DNA from: Bdellovibrionales bacterium
Lineage (GTDB): Bacteria; Bdellovibrionota; Bdellovibrionia; Bdellovibrionales; UBA1609
Assembly (NCBI GenBank): GCA_019637855.1
Contig: JAHBUX010000003.1
Coordinates: forward strand, 133,431-197,430
Length of the DNA: 64,000 nt
Direction: 5' to 3'
The notes under the pieces are model-generated. The model saw only the letters and a list, made by a program, of their open reading frames with translations. It was not told the origin of the DNA and searched no databases. Shown in pieces: positions 55,601-63,634 of the stretch (the first letter of the stretch is position 1; each line of letters begins with the position of its first letter). The position numbers and the translations under genes were made by a program.

Positions 55601-58138
55601 GATCGTGTTCTTAAGCTCCAGGATCTCGCCACGCGCATCCACTGTGATCTTTTGCGACAAGTCTCCGGTGGCCACCGCGGTCGTCACCTTAGCGATGTTA
55701 CGAACTTGGTTGGTCAAGTTACCGGCAAGATGGTTCACGTTGTCGGTCAGATCTTTCCACACACCGGAAACGCCTTTCACGTCGGCCTGACCGCCAAGCT
55801 TTCCTTCCGTGCCCACTTCTTTCGCCACACGAGTCACCTCGGCAGCGAACGAGTTCAGTTGATCCACCATCGTATTGATCGTGTTTTTAAGCTCGAAGAT
55901 CTCACCACGCGCATCCACCGTGATCTTTTGCGACAAGTCTCCGGTGGCCACCGCGGTCGTCACCTTAGCGATGTTACGCACCTGAGCAGTTAAGTTGCCA
56001 GCAAGGTGGTTCACATTGTCGGTCAGATCTTTCCAAGTGCCTGAGACACCTTTCACATCGGCCTGACCGCCAAGACGGCCTTCCGTACCCACCTCTTTCG
56101 CAACGCGAGTCACCTCAGCCGCAAACGAGTTCAGTTGATCCACCATCGTGTTGATGGTGTTTTTTAGTTCCAAGATCTCGCCGCGCGCATCCACCGTGAT
56201 CTTTTGCGACAAATCGCCTTTCGCCACCGCGGTCGTCACTTTGGCGATGTTACGCACCTGCTCGGTCAAGTTGCCGGCCAAGAGGTTCACGTTGTCGGTC
56301 AGATCTTTCCAGGTGCCTGAGACACCTTTCACATCAGCCTGACCGCCGAGCTTGCCTTCCGTACCCACCTCTTTCGCAACGCGTGTCACCTCAGAAGCGA
56401 AGGAGGATAGCTGATCCACCATCTTATTGATCACATCTTTAATCTGCAGAATCTCACCGCGCACATCGACCGTGATCTTCTGCGACAAGTCTCCGGTCGC
56501 AATGGCGGTGGCCACTTTCGAAACGTCGCGCAATTGAACCGTCAAGTTCGAGGCCATCGCATTCACGTTGTCGGTCAGATCTTTCCACGTGCCGGACACA
56601 CCTTTCACATCGGCTTGTCCGCCGAGCTTTCCTTCTGTGCCCACCTCTTTCGCCACACGAGTCACCTCAGCAGCGAAGGAGCGCAGCGTATCCACCATCG
56701 TATTGATGGTGTCTTTGAGCTCCAAGATCTCGCCCTTCGCATCGACCGTGATCTTCTGCGACAAATCGCCGTTCGCCACCGCAATGGTCACTTTCGCGAT
56801 GTTACGCACCTGAGCGGTCAAATTGTTGGCCAAACCATTCACGTTGTCGGTCAGGTCTTTCCAAGTGCCGGAAACACCTTTCACATCGGCCTGACCGCCA
56901 AGACGGCCTTCCGTACCCACCTCTTTTGCAACGCGCGTCACCTCAGCAGCGAAAGAGCGCAGCTGATCCACCATCGTGTTGATCGTGTTCTTCAACTCCA
57001 AGATCTCACCGCGCGCATCCACCGTGATCTTCTGCGACAGGTCCCCGTTGGCAACAGCGGTCGTCACCTTGGCGATGTTACGCACCTGAGCGGTCAGATT
57101 GTCGGCCAAGCCATTCACGTTGTCGGTCAGGTCCTTCCACACACCGGAAACACCTTTCACGTTCGCCTGACCGCCCAGTTTTCCTTCCGTACCCACGTCC
57201 TTCGCAACGCGCGTCACCTCGGCGGCGAACGAGGACAGCTGATCCACCATTACGTTAATGGTGTTCTTCAACTCAAAGATCTCACCACGCGCATCCACCG
57301 TGATCTTCTGCGACAAATCGCCTTTCGCCACCGCGGTCGTCACCTTAGCGATGTTACGCACCTGATCGGTCAAGTTGCCGGCCAAAACGTTCACGTTGTC
57401 AGTGAGGTCTTTCCACACACCGGAAACGCCTTTCACCTCGGCCTGACCGCCGAGCTTGCCTTCCGTACCCACCTCTTTCGCAACGCGTGTCACCTCAGAG
57501 GCAAATGAGTTCAGCTGATCCACCATCGCGTTCACCGTGGTGCCGATGCGCAAGAACTCCCCTTTGACCGGGCGCGAATCCACTTCCAAATACATCTTCT
57601 GCGACAAATCGCCCTTCGCCACAGAGGTGATCACACGCGCCACCTCTGTGGTCGGATGCACAAGATCGGTGATCATCAAGTTCACAGAGTCCACCGAAGT
57701 GGCCCAGGAGCCTTTGACCGAGCCCATATTCACCCGCTCAGTCATGCGCCCTTCCAAACCAATGATGTTACGCACACGCACGAACTCATTGGCCATGTTC
57801 TCGTTCTGCTCGATGATGTCGTTTAACACTTCACCGATCTCCGACACGATTCCTTCGCTATCAAGGCTCATGCGCACGGAGAAATCACCGGAACGAACGG
57901 CTTTCACCACCTGATGAAGCGAGCGCAGCTGCCCGCGCAGCTTTTGCGGATCGAACGCCGACACACTGTCAAAATCAGAATGGCGCGCGGCCTGGTAAAC
58001 TGTTTTTACATTAGCCGCGCGTGGTGTGGGGGGGACAGGACGATTGGTGGAAGTTTTTCCAGCATCGTTGGGGGTGCCTTTATCCTTGGAACTGCGTTTC
58101 GAAGACTTCTTCGGCGGTACCGCTGCGTTAGGCTGCAT
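52610..58138 (-). CDS. Giant soluble hybrid histidine kinase: K/P-rich N-tail, ~13 x 92-aa poly-HAMP units, GAF, coiled coil, HisKA, HATPase_c, REC
   Basis: 1842 aa with a GGAGGAG SD. The WKDLTDNVN signature recurs 11 times at exact 92-aa spacing. GAF-like segment: [15 protein letters not shown]...[19 protein letters not shown]-box [14 protein letters not shown]; DTGIGI; GGTGLGL. C-terminal REC: [10 protein letters not shown]...[10 protein letters not shown]. No TM helix. Confidence 0.93.
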   Translation of the reverse strand: MQPNAAVPPKKSSKRSSKDKGTPNDAGKTSTNRPVPPTPRAANVKTVYQAARHSDFDSVSAFDPQKLRGQLRSLHQVVKAVRSGDFSVRMSLDSEGIVSEIGEVLNDIIEQNENMANEFVRVRNIIGLEGRMTERVNMGSVKGSWATSVDSVNLMITDLVHPTTEVARVITSVAKGDLSQKMYLEVDSRPVKGEFLRIGTTVNAMVDQLNSFASEVTRVAKEVGTEGKLGGQAEVKGVSGVWKDLTDNVNVLAGNLTDQVRNIAKVTTAVAKGDLSQKITVDARGEIFELKNTINVMVDQLSSFAAEVTRVAKDVGTEGKLGGQANVKGVSGVWKDLTDNVNGLADNLTAQVRNIAKVTTAVANGDLSQKITVDARGEILELKNTINTMVDQLRSFAAEVTRVAKEVGTEGRLGGQADVKGVSGTWKDLTDNVNGLANNLTAQVRNIAKVTIAVANGDLSQKITVDAKGEILELKDTINTMVDTLRSFAAEVTRVAKEVGTEGKLGGQADVKGVSGTWKDLTDNVNAMASNLTVQLRDVSKVATAIATGDLSQKITVDVRGEILQIKDVINKMVDQLSSFASEVTRVAKEVGTEGKLGGQADVKGVSGTWKDLTDNVNLLAGNLTEQVRNIAKVTTAVAKGDLSQKITVDARGEILELKNTINTMVDQLNSFAAEVTRVAKEVGTEGRLGGQADVKGVSGTWKDLTDNVNHLAGNLTAQVRNIAKVTTAVATGDLSQKITVDARGEIFELKNTINTMVDQLNSFAAEVTRVAKEVGTEGKLGGQADVKGVSGVWKDLTDNVNHLAGNLTNQVRNIAKVTTAVATGDLSQKITVDARGEILELKNTINTMVDQLNSFAAEVTRVAKEVGTEGKLGGQAEVRGVSGTWKDLTDNVNHLAGNLTNQVRNIAKVTTAVANGDLSQKITVDARGEIFELKNTINTMVDQLNSFAAEVTRVAKEVGTEGKLGGQAEVRGVSGVWKDLTDNVNFMASNLTKQVRGIVKVVTAVANGDLNQKFVIEAKGEVAALAETINSMTDTLRTFADQVTTVAREVGIEGKLGGQAKVPGALGTWKDLTDNVNFMASNLTKQVRGIVKVVTAVANGDLNQKFVIEAKGEVAALAETINSMTDTLRTFADQVTSVAREVGIEGKLGGQAKVPGASGTWKDLTDNVNQLAGNLTSQVRAIAEVSTAVTKGDLSRAITVEAQGEVAALKDNINQMISNLKDTTAKNTEQDWLKTNLARFSSMMQGQRSITAVAQLIMSELTPLVDARQGTFYLADMGDDDVDQASLNLIATYAFTERRSVSSRFKLKEGLIGQCAFEKKRILIIQPDETYVKISSSLLELTPRNVIVLPVMFEGELKAVIELASLKPFTENYIYFLDQLMDSVGVILNMISSSMRTEELLQELKRSNAELEAQATELEDKAGLLEVKNQEVELASRSLEEKAEQLSLISKYKSEFLANMSHELRTPLNSLLILSKTLAMNKDGNLSSEQVKYAKTVHSAGNDLLALINEILDLSKVEAGKMPVDPKDVHTQDVVGYLEQTFRPVAEHKNLEFKIVADSKVPSKMFTDESRLQQILKNLLSNAFKFTDSGQVKFEIGLTQPGQGNGMMVFSVTDTGIGIPMEKQKLIFEAFQQADGTTSRKYGGTGLGLTISREIARLLGGYIQVESVPGQGSTFRLFLPQRYSGPDTVASSDFDSETITPRLHMPEGIDFTGRTILIVDDDMRNVFALNSILKARGMNIMHAENGKHALDLLDKHSDVELVLMDTMMPEMDGLEATRRIRENPVYHNLPIVSLTAKAMKGDREKCLEAGASDYITKPVDEETLLATIYDWLMVRSDARAN
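54467..57943 (-). repeat. In-frame tandem array of 276-nt (92-aa) HAMP-pair coding units within the giant kinase gene
   Basis: The period of 276 nt is visible in the DNA and in mirrored antisense ORFs (e.g. 54756 vs 55032; 55599 vs 56148). The conserved core is 54656-57415 (11 units), with two more divergent units upstream. Units 9 and 10 are nearly identical. Confidence 0.9.
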
Positions 58139-58416
58139 AGATTACTCCTCCCATGCTCCCTCAATACAATGTGGAACGACTATTTTTGGTCTCGGCCGCC
58201 TAAAAAGTTAATCTAAAATATTGTATGTGCCCGAAGTGACTGCAGCAGATGCGTGGTTTCATACTTGCTATGTGCGGAGAAATGTCCCGTGAACAAAGGC
58301 ACCGTATTTTGCAATAGACCGCTGCTGCCCCAAGTTGCTCAAATACTAGGCTGCGAATACGTTCACTAAACGAACTTAGTGAATCTTAAAAATACTTTCG
58401 GCGTGGTGAGCCAAAA

Positions 58417-58839
58417 TCAGTAGGCTTTGTCGGCGGAGTTGAGAGCTGGCAATTCATAGCGCGAGTAGTCCTCCAGCGCGCCTTCGATCTGATAGATCGA
58501 CTCTTGACTCAAGTGAGAGCGCTGCTCAAGCAACAAGATGCGCAGGCGCTTTCCCAGCGTACCGAAGTCTTCGGCATCATCATAAAGAGCGGCACGATCA
58601 ATCGTGAAAGCATAAGCGGTTTTCAGCTTTCGGGCCTGCCAGTACAAGGTTCCGCCCCAGGAGCGATAGAAGCGAACCACCTGGCTTACGACCTCGCTGA
58701 GACTGTCAGGGTTGACATAGACGACATGAGCCGCCGCAAGCGACCGCTCACACTGCTCAAGTGTCGTCACATCCGCCGCTGCGAAGGGACCCGAAACTGC
58801 AACTGCCAGCGCAACCACAACCTTCAACAATTTGATCAT
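58417..58839 (-). CDS. Small secreted hypothetical protein
   Basis: 140 aa. Signal peptide MIKLLKVVVALAVAVSGPFAAA. No family recognised. Last gene of the 61749-58417 string. Confidence 0.55.
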   Translation of the reverse strand: MIKLLKVVVALAVAVSGPFAAADVTTLEQCERSLAAAHVVYVNPDSLSEVVSQVVRFYRSWGGTLYWQARKLKTAYAFTIDRAALYDDAEDFGTLGKRLRILLLEQRSHLSQESIYQIEGALEDYSRYELPALNSADKAY

Positions 58840-58865
58840 GGGTGCTCTCTAAGCAATCTCAGTGC

Positions 58866-59159
58866 CTAGTTTTTCTTCTTAAAGAGGGCTTCCGCCGCAG
58901 CTAGCATTGCATCGCGCGTATTGGCCCCGGAACCGACCCCTTTTCCAGGTGAGAAGTACTCACAATGGTTGGCGCGGTCTTTTTCGCGCACGCGTTCGGC
59001 CGAAGGTTCGCGACATTCATTGTAGGCCTTTTCATCGTAGAACTGGCAGTTCTTACAGACATGCACATCTTCGTGACACTTGGGACACTCCTCCCTGAGA
59101 CCGATGCGATCGGCATATTTGAGAGGCGATGAGCAATGAAAGCAGTTCAGTTCGATCAC
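58866..59159 (-). CDS. Cys-rich zinc-ribbon-like small protein
   Basis: 97 aa with three CxxC pairs (CFHC, CPKC, CKNC) plus two further Cys. The ATG overlaps the glpX stop by 1 nt. Family not recognised. Confidence 0.6.
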   Translation of the reverse strand: MIELNCFHCSSPLKYADRIGLREECPKCHEDVHVCKNCQFYDEKAYNECREPSAERVREKDRANHCEYFSPGKGVGSGANTRDAMLAAAEALFKKKN

Positions 59160-60121
59160 TACACCTTCACCTTGATATTGAAGTTGTGATCAGCTTCGAT
59201 ACGACGAACGGTGCCGGTGGCCGAGCGCATAACGATCGAATGCGTTTGGCCACGATTGCCAGGCAACATACGCACACCTTTAAGCAAGGGGCCATCCGTC
59301 ACCCCGGTGGCACAAAACATCACCGAGCCGCGGGCCAATTCGTCACGCTTGAAAATCCTATCCGGCTCGGAAATTCCCATCTTCAAAGCGCGCTCCCGTT
59401 CTTGAGCATTGCGAAATTTCAAGCGCCCTTCAAAATCACCGCCCAAACATTTCAAAGCAGCCGCCGTAATCACACCCTCCGGCGCGCCACCGATGCCCAT
59501 AAGCAGATCAATGCCGGACTCTTCCCAGCAAGGGGCGATCCCGGCGGAGACATCGCCGTCTCCAATCAAGCGAATGCGGGCGCCGAGCTTGCGCACCCGC
59601 TGGATAAGGTCGGCGTGGCGCGGACGATCCAAGATCACCACCGTCACATCCTCTACGCGCTTGTTCAAAACTTCAGCCACGACACTCACGTTTTCTTCCG
59701 GCGTTTTCTCCAAAGACACACGCCCGGCCGCACGCGGACCACAGGCGATTTTCTCCATATATGTATCGGGGGCGTGCAAGAAGTTGCCGCGTTCCGCAAC
59801 AGCGATCACGGCAATCGCGCCCACGCCGCCATTGGCGCAAATCGTGGTGCCTTCCAAAGGGTCCAGAGCGATATCAACCGCGGGCGAATTGGCCGCCCGA
59901 CGCCCCACATTCTCGCCAATATAGAGCATAGGCGCCTCATCACGCTCACCCTCTCCAATCACCACGGTGCCTTCGACATCAACCGAATCAAACGCCTTGC
60001 GCATGGCATCCACCGCCGCCTGATCGGCGCGCTTCTCATCACCTCGTCCCATCAAACGAGCGCTGGCAATAGCAGCGGCTTCGGTGATCCTTACGAATTC
60101 GAGAGCCAGGTTTCGATCCAT
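59159..60121 (-). CDS. glpX: Class II fructose-1,6-bisphosphatase GlpX
   Basis: A 320-aa product from ATG 60121: MDRNLALEFVRITEAAAIASARLMGRGDEKRADQAAVDAMR...VVIGEGERDEAPMLYIGE aligns by eye with E. coli GlpX from residue 1. The longer 389-aa ORF is an R-rich extension over the thioesterase gene. Confidence 0.93.
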   Translation of the reverse strand: MDRNLALEFVRITEAAAIASARLMGRGDEKRADQAAVDAMRKAFDSVDVEGTVVIGEGERDEAPMLYIGENVGRRAANSPAVDIALDPLEGTTICANGGVGAIAVIAVAERGNFLHAPDTYMEKIACGPRAAGRVSLEKTPEENVSVVAEVLNKRVEDVTVVILDRPRHADLIQRVRKLGARIRLIGDGDVSAGIAPCWEESGIDLLMGIGGAPEGVITAAALKCLGGDFEGRLKFRNAQERERALKMGISEPDRIFKRDELARGSVMFCATGVTDGPLLKGVRMLPGNRGQTHSIVMRSATGTVRRIEADHNFNIKVKV

Positions 60122-60507
60122 GCTTCCTTCTCCAATTGGGCGGACAACTCGGGCGCCGGCTTCATCGGCCTTAACGCGCTGTTGACCGGAATATGTAGGG
60201 TCTCGGCTTCGGCGATGCGTTCGCCGTTCTTTAAAACCGCGTACTGAAAATGAATCTTGGCACCCTCGCGCCGCACTTGCAGCTGTACCACCAAAAGATC
60301 GTCGAACGTGCAGGGCTTCATATGCCACACTTGAAAGCGCAGCACGGCTAAGACGTGATCAGCCTTCGGATAGTGAATGCGCGACAGATCCTTGGATCGC
60401 ATCCAGGCCACCCGCGCCTCTTCAAAGTAGCGCACATAATTGGCGTGATGAGTGACGCCCATGGCATCGGTGTCGGAAAACGCGACCCGCCGTTCGTAGG
60501 AAAACAA
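60091..60507 (-). CDS. 4HBT/YbgC-type acyl-CoA thioesterase (hotdog fold)
   Basis: YERRVAFSDTDAMGVTHHANYVRYFEEARVAWMR is the YbgC/4HBT signature, with catalytic Asp in DTD. TTG at 60507 (GGGAG SD 6 nt upstream, 1 nt after the PilZ stop) gives the usual ~138 aa. The longest ORF (to 60678) would overlap the PilZ gene by 170 nt. Confidence 0.75.
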   Translation of the reverse strand: MFSYERRVAFSDTDAMGVTHHANYVRYFEEARVAWMRSKDLSRIHYPKADHVLAVLRFQVWHMKPCTFDDLLVVQLQVRREGAKIHFQYAVLKNGERIAEAETLHIPVNSALRPMKPAPELSAQLEKEAWIETWLSNS

Positions 60508-60508
60508 A

Positions 60509-61135
60509 TCAAACTCCCAAAGCGAAAGTGCGGACGAATTCTTCCATAGGGAGATCGGGTTTGTCCATCTGCGAAAGGACCAGCAAGGCTTTGCGTTGTT
60601 CCCGTGAGAAGACCACGCGGGGCTGACCGCGTTCAAAAAATACAGATTCTGTGCCGAAATCGACGTTGATGCGATCAATCAGACGGTTCGAGTTCATCCA
60701 AACGAACACATGCACTCCTCCAGGCCCCTGATACCAAGAGGTGAAGCTTGAGCTAGCTGAAAACAGCACCTTTTCCACCGGACGCATGGCCGCCCCGAGC
60801 AGCTTAGCATCTAAAAAGTCCGTCATAGCTTGATGGCCTTCGGCGGGCACTTCATTGAATTCCAGGCCCACCCACTCCAGATTGCTCCAAGCCACACGGG
60901 CAAACACCTCAAAGGGCTTATCGATGCCGAGCTTCACTTGCACTGGCATCTGGTTTTGCACCGCCACAGGGAACATCCCCGGTCGGCGCACGGCCGCACC
61001 TTTGTAGCTTAAATCGAGCACATCCGAAGCTTCATCATTGGGCCAAGTGACCTGTGCGCCTAAGACCGCAATCACTTCGGCCAATGCGGGTTTCAGCAGA
61101 GCGCGCGGATAACGGCGTTGCTCACGAAAGTTCAT
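60509..61135 (-). CDS. PilZ-domain protein (putative c-di-GMP receptor) with an uncharacterised C-terminal half
   Basis: 208 aa. PilZ motifs RRxxxR (EQRRYPR) and D/NxSxxG (DLSYKGAAV) occur at the expected spacing. The C-terminal ~100 aa are unassigned. Confidence 0.75.
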   Translation of the reverse strand: MNFREQRRYPRALLKPALAEVIAVLGAQVTWPNDEASDVLDLSYKGAAVRRPGMFPVAVQNQMPVQVKLGIDKPFEVFARVAWSNLEWVGLEFNEVPAEGHQAMTDFLDAKLLGAAMRPVEKVLFSASSSFTSWYQGPGGVHVFVWMNSNRLIDRINVDFGTESVFFERGQPRVVFSREQRKALLVLSQMDKPDLPMEEFVRTFALGV

Positions 61136-61749
61136 TTCATCACCGTTGCGCGCGCTGCGGCCTCCGCCTGCTGGCGTAAACGCGTCGCGATTTTCTGGAA
61201 GACCACTTCCATTCCGAACTCCAGAAAAAACTTGGGGATCGGAAATTCATCGTAGCTATAAAAACCTTCGATTCCAACTTCTGTTTTGCCCGCGCTCAAA
61301 GGCGTAAAGGAGATCGTGTTACGCATGCCCTTCAAGGGCCCTTCAACCACAGTGAATTCGACACGCTTGGGCTCGGCCTCCGCTTGGGCCTTGACCTGAA
61401 GCTTGAGTTCGGCCCGATGCCCCATGGCCGCCACACTCAGACGCAAAGTCTGTGCGGAGCTGTCATAATAAGATTTCTCAATAAAACCACTTAAGCGCGC
61501 GACCTGAGCGAAGTCTTGAGCGTAGTTAAAGACAAAGTCACGCCCAGCGCGCACTTGGCCACCACCGTTGATCGACAGCTTGCGCTTAAAAGGCGGTTCG
61601 GGCTTAACCGTGGTAACGGACACGACGATATCGCCGTTTTGAATGCGCTTATAGACTTTCTCTTTGGCTTTCCAAAACGGTTCGGCGGCGTCCGCCGCAA
61701 GCGCGATGGTGGCAAAAAAGAGGACTAGAATTCCCATGGGTGCGCGCAT
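61132..61749 (-). CDS. Secreted hypothetical protein, possibly START/SRPBCC-like
   Basis: 205 aa. Signal peptide MGILVLFFATIALAADA. Its size and beta-rich-then-long-C-terminal-helix pattern suggest an SRPBCC fold. Fold call is weak. 4-nt overlap with the PilZ gene. Confidence 0.5.
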   Translation of the reverse strand: MRAPMGILVLFFATIALAADAAEPFWKAKEKVYKRIQNGDIVVSVTTVKPEPPFKRKLSINGGGQVRAGRDFVFNYAQDFAQVARLSGFIEKSYYDSSAQTLRLSVAAMGHRAELKLQVKAQAEAEPKRVEFTVVEGPLKGMRNTISFTPLSAGKTEVGIEGFYSYDEFPIPKFFLEFGMEVVFQKIATRLRQQAEAAARATVMK

Positions 61750-61789
61750 CCGCTCGACTCCGTTCCCGAGTTACGTTATAAAAAACTAA

Positions 61790-62341
61790 ATGCAGACCAA
61801 TTGGAAGCACAACCTGCCGATGGTTCTTACCTATGCCCGGGCCGCAACGGCTCCGGTGATCCTCGGCATTTTGATGTCAGGTTGGGCTTATGCCGGATGG
61901 ACTTCGGCGATTTTGTTTATTCTCTCTTCACTGACCGATTGGCTGGATGGAGCTTTGGCGCGCAAATACGGCGTTGAAAGCAATATGGGACGCTTTATGG
62001 ATCCCATCGCCGATAAAATTCTCGTGCTCGGCGCGATCGTTATGCTGCTTTCCATGGGACGAGTCGACCCCATGATGGTTTTTTTAATGCTTGGCCGCGA
62101 TATTTTTATCGGTGGAATTCGCGCCGTGGCGGCCTCAAACAATCAGATCATTGCTGCCAAACCTTTCGGCAAATGGAAGACCGCCTTTCAAATGGTGGCC
62201 ATTCCCTGTCTTCTCATCTACGAACCGCTGTTCGGTGTTCCGCTTGGCGATATCGGCTACTACATGCTGTGGGTGAGTGTGGGCTTGAGTTTGATCTCCG
62301 GAGCCGAGTACACAATCGGTTATTACAAGAGCCGCCCCTAG
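61790..62341 (+). CDS. pgsA: CDP-diacylglycerol--glycerol-3-phosphate 3-phosphatidyltransferase PgsA
   Basis: 183 aa. CDP-alcohol phosphatidyltransferase motif DWLDGALARKYGVESNMGRFMDPIADK and four or more TM helices. Confidence 0.92.
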   Translation: MQTNWKHNLPMVLTYARAATAPVILGILMSGWAYAGWTSAILFILSSLTDWLDGALARKYGVESNMGRFMDPIADKILVLGAIVMLLSMGRVDPMMVFLMLGRDIFIGGIRAVAASNNQIIAAKPFGKWKTAFQMVAIPCLLIYEPLFGVPLGDIGYYMLWVSVGLSLISGAEYTIGYYKSRP

Positions 62342-62350
62342 AATTTTGCG

Positions 62351-63634
62351 TTGCTTCACGGGTTTACAGCGAGCCCAATCATTGAAACAGTAATTGGCTT
62401 GGAACTTCTAAGAGCCAATCTCTACGAGATTAAAAAATCCGGATCGCTCAAAACGCTCGGCGGCCTGCTGGCGCTGTTTCATTTGCTGCAGTTTTACCTG
62501 TGGTACGACCAGGGGCATTTGCCGCTGAAGTTCGTGCAGCAGGGACTGCCGATGTGCCGCTCGCTGTTTGAAACCTGCGATTGGCTGAACGTCATTCCCT
62601 TTGGCCTATTGAGCACTTTCTATTGGACCTATGCCATTTTTATGGGCATTGCCGCTTTGGCGTTGCTGCTCACCGATCTGGTGGCACTTGGTTACTATCT
62701 CATGCTGATCGCCTCACTCTGCGGTCTGGTTCTTTACTTTCAAGATCTGCGCTTAAGTTCAAACGAAGGTTATTTCATTTTTATGATGACCTTCGCCTAC
62801 ATGTTCGTGCCTTCCAAACATCGCTTGATGCGCTGGATGGTGGTCTCCTTCTTTGTGGCCCGAGGGATGTCCCAGGCCTCACCCGACTGGCTGACCGGCA
62901 ACTGGTATATGGAGCATTTGTCCCTACCGGTGAAGCTAGCCGAGTGGTTGGCGGCGGTCAGTGTGTTGGTGCAGATGATCGGCGGCGCGATTTTGTTGTT
63001 CCGCGACGGCCGCTACTTTTGGACCGGCTGGGTTTCCCTGTTCGCCTTTGAGTGCGCCAATCTCTATATGGGAGAGGTGTTGCAAGGCTCGATCTCTTTG
63101 GGTGCACTTCTCTACGTGGCCTTCGATGAACTTGAGCTACGCAAGGCCGAGCGCGAATATCTGTATCAATCCTTTATTCGTCCCGAGCCGTCTTTTGTAT
63201 GGGGCGGAATTCTGCTCGCCTTTTTCTGGTGTGCGCAGTTGGCGCCGATGGTCAGCATGGGTAAAGCCGGTGGCGGTGTGAAAGCCTTCTTGGATGTGTT
63301 TGCTCTACACCCTGAGGCCGCGCATGAAGACTGCGAACAGCATACCTTTGCCATCTATAAAGATCGGGTCGAAGAGATCGATGTGAAGGCGCAGATCTCC
63401 CGCCAGGCTTCGATGGTGTGCAATGTGTATATGCGCTTTTTGGATTTAAAGGGAACCTGCAAACAGTTGCAAGAGAACTCCAGCGACTTCATCACTTTGG
63501 CGAGCGAGCTGCAGGTGCGCAACTATCGCGAGAAAACCGCGGTCCGCGCCTTTGAAGTGGCCGACTTTTGCAATCCGGATTTGACCTTTAAACGTTTGAG
63601 TGAGGTTGAGTGGAATACGAATCGCGACAAGTAA
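62351..63634 (+). CDS. Polytopic membrane protein with a ~160-aa soluble C-terminal domain (hypothetical)
   Basis: 427 aa with a TTG start 9 nt after pgsA. About 8 hydrophobic helices, then a Cys-containing soluble tail. Family not recognised (HTTM-like is only a guess). Confidence 0.6.
   Translation: MLHGFTASPIIETVIGLELLRANLYEIKKSGSLKTLGGLLALFHLLQFYLWYDQGHLPLKFVQQGLPMCRSLFETCDWLNVIPFGLLSTFYWTYAIFMGIAALALLLTDLVALGYYLMLIASLCGLVLYFQDLRLSSNEGYFIFMMTFAYMFVPSKHRLMRWMVVSFFVARGMSQASPDWLTGNWYMEHLSLPVKLAEWLAAVSVLVQMIGGAILLFRDGRYFWTGWVSLFAFECANLYMGEVLQGSISLGALLYVAFDELELRKAEREYLYQSFIRPEPSFVWGGILLAFFWCAQLAPMVSMGKAGGGVKAFLDVFALHPEAAHEDCEQHTFAIYKDRVEEIDVKAQISRQASMVCNVYMRFLDLKGTCKQLQENSSDFITLASELQVRNYREKTAVRAFEVADFCNPDLTFKRLSEVEWNTNRDK

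Noticed and set aside
56534-57508. 324-aa plus-strand ORF with its own internal periodicity, plus several 60-110-aa plus-strand ORFs across 54.4-57.9 kb.
   Set aside because: These are mirror images of the minus-strand HAMP repeat array. The periodicity is inherited from the sense strand. The sense frame is one uninterrupted 1842-codon kinase with recognisable domains.
54467-57943. Regular 276-nt direct repeats, considered as a CRISPR-like, satellite or mobile-element array.
   Set aside because: There are no unique spacers. The units are contiguous, in frame and encode HAMP modules of a single ORF. The period (276 nt) is a multiple of 3.
58297-58313. AGGCACcgtatTTTGCA, a sigma-54-like element in the 278-nt spacer upstream of the giant kinase.
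   Set aside because: The GG-to-GC spacing is 11 nt rather than the required 10. The element is on the plus strand, pointing away from the kinase gene and into the 3' end of a minus-strand gene.
59129-60247. 372-aa plus-strand ORF, the longest ORF in this region.
   Set aside because: It is antisense to a textbook GlpX sequence. Its translation is R/H/A/G-rich with no motifs. Long shadow ORFs like this are expected opposite GC3-rich genes.
60122-60328. N-terminal 69-codon extension of the GlpX ORF.
   Set aside because: The extension is R-rich, lies over the thioesterase gene, and is absent from known GlpX N-termini. The ATG at 60121 matches E. coli GlpX residue 1.
60508-60678. N-terminal 57-codon extension of the thioesterase ORF.
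   Set aside because: It would overlap the PilZ gene by 170 nt and add non-hotdog sequence. A TTG at 60507 with a GGGAG SD gives the normal ~138-aa YbgC size.
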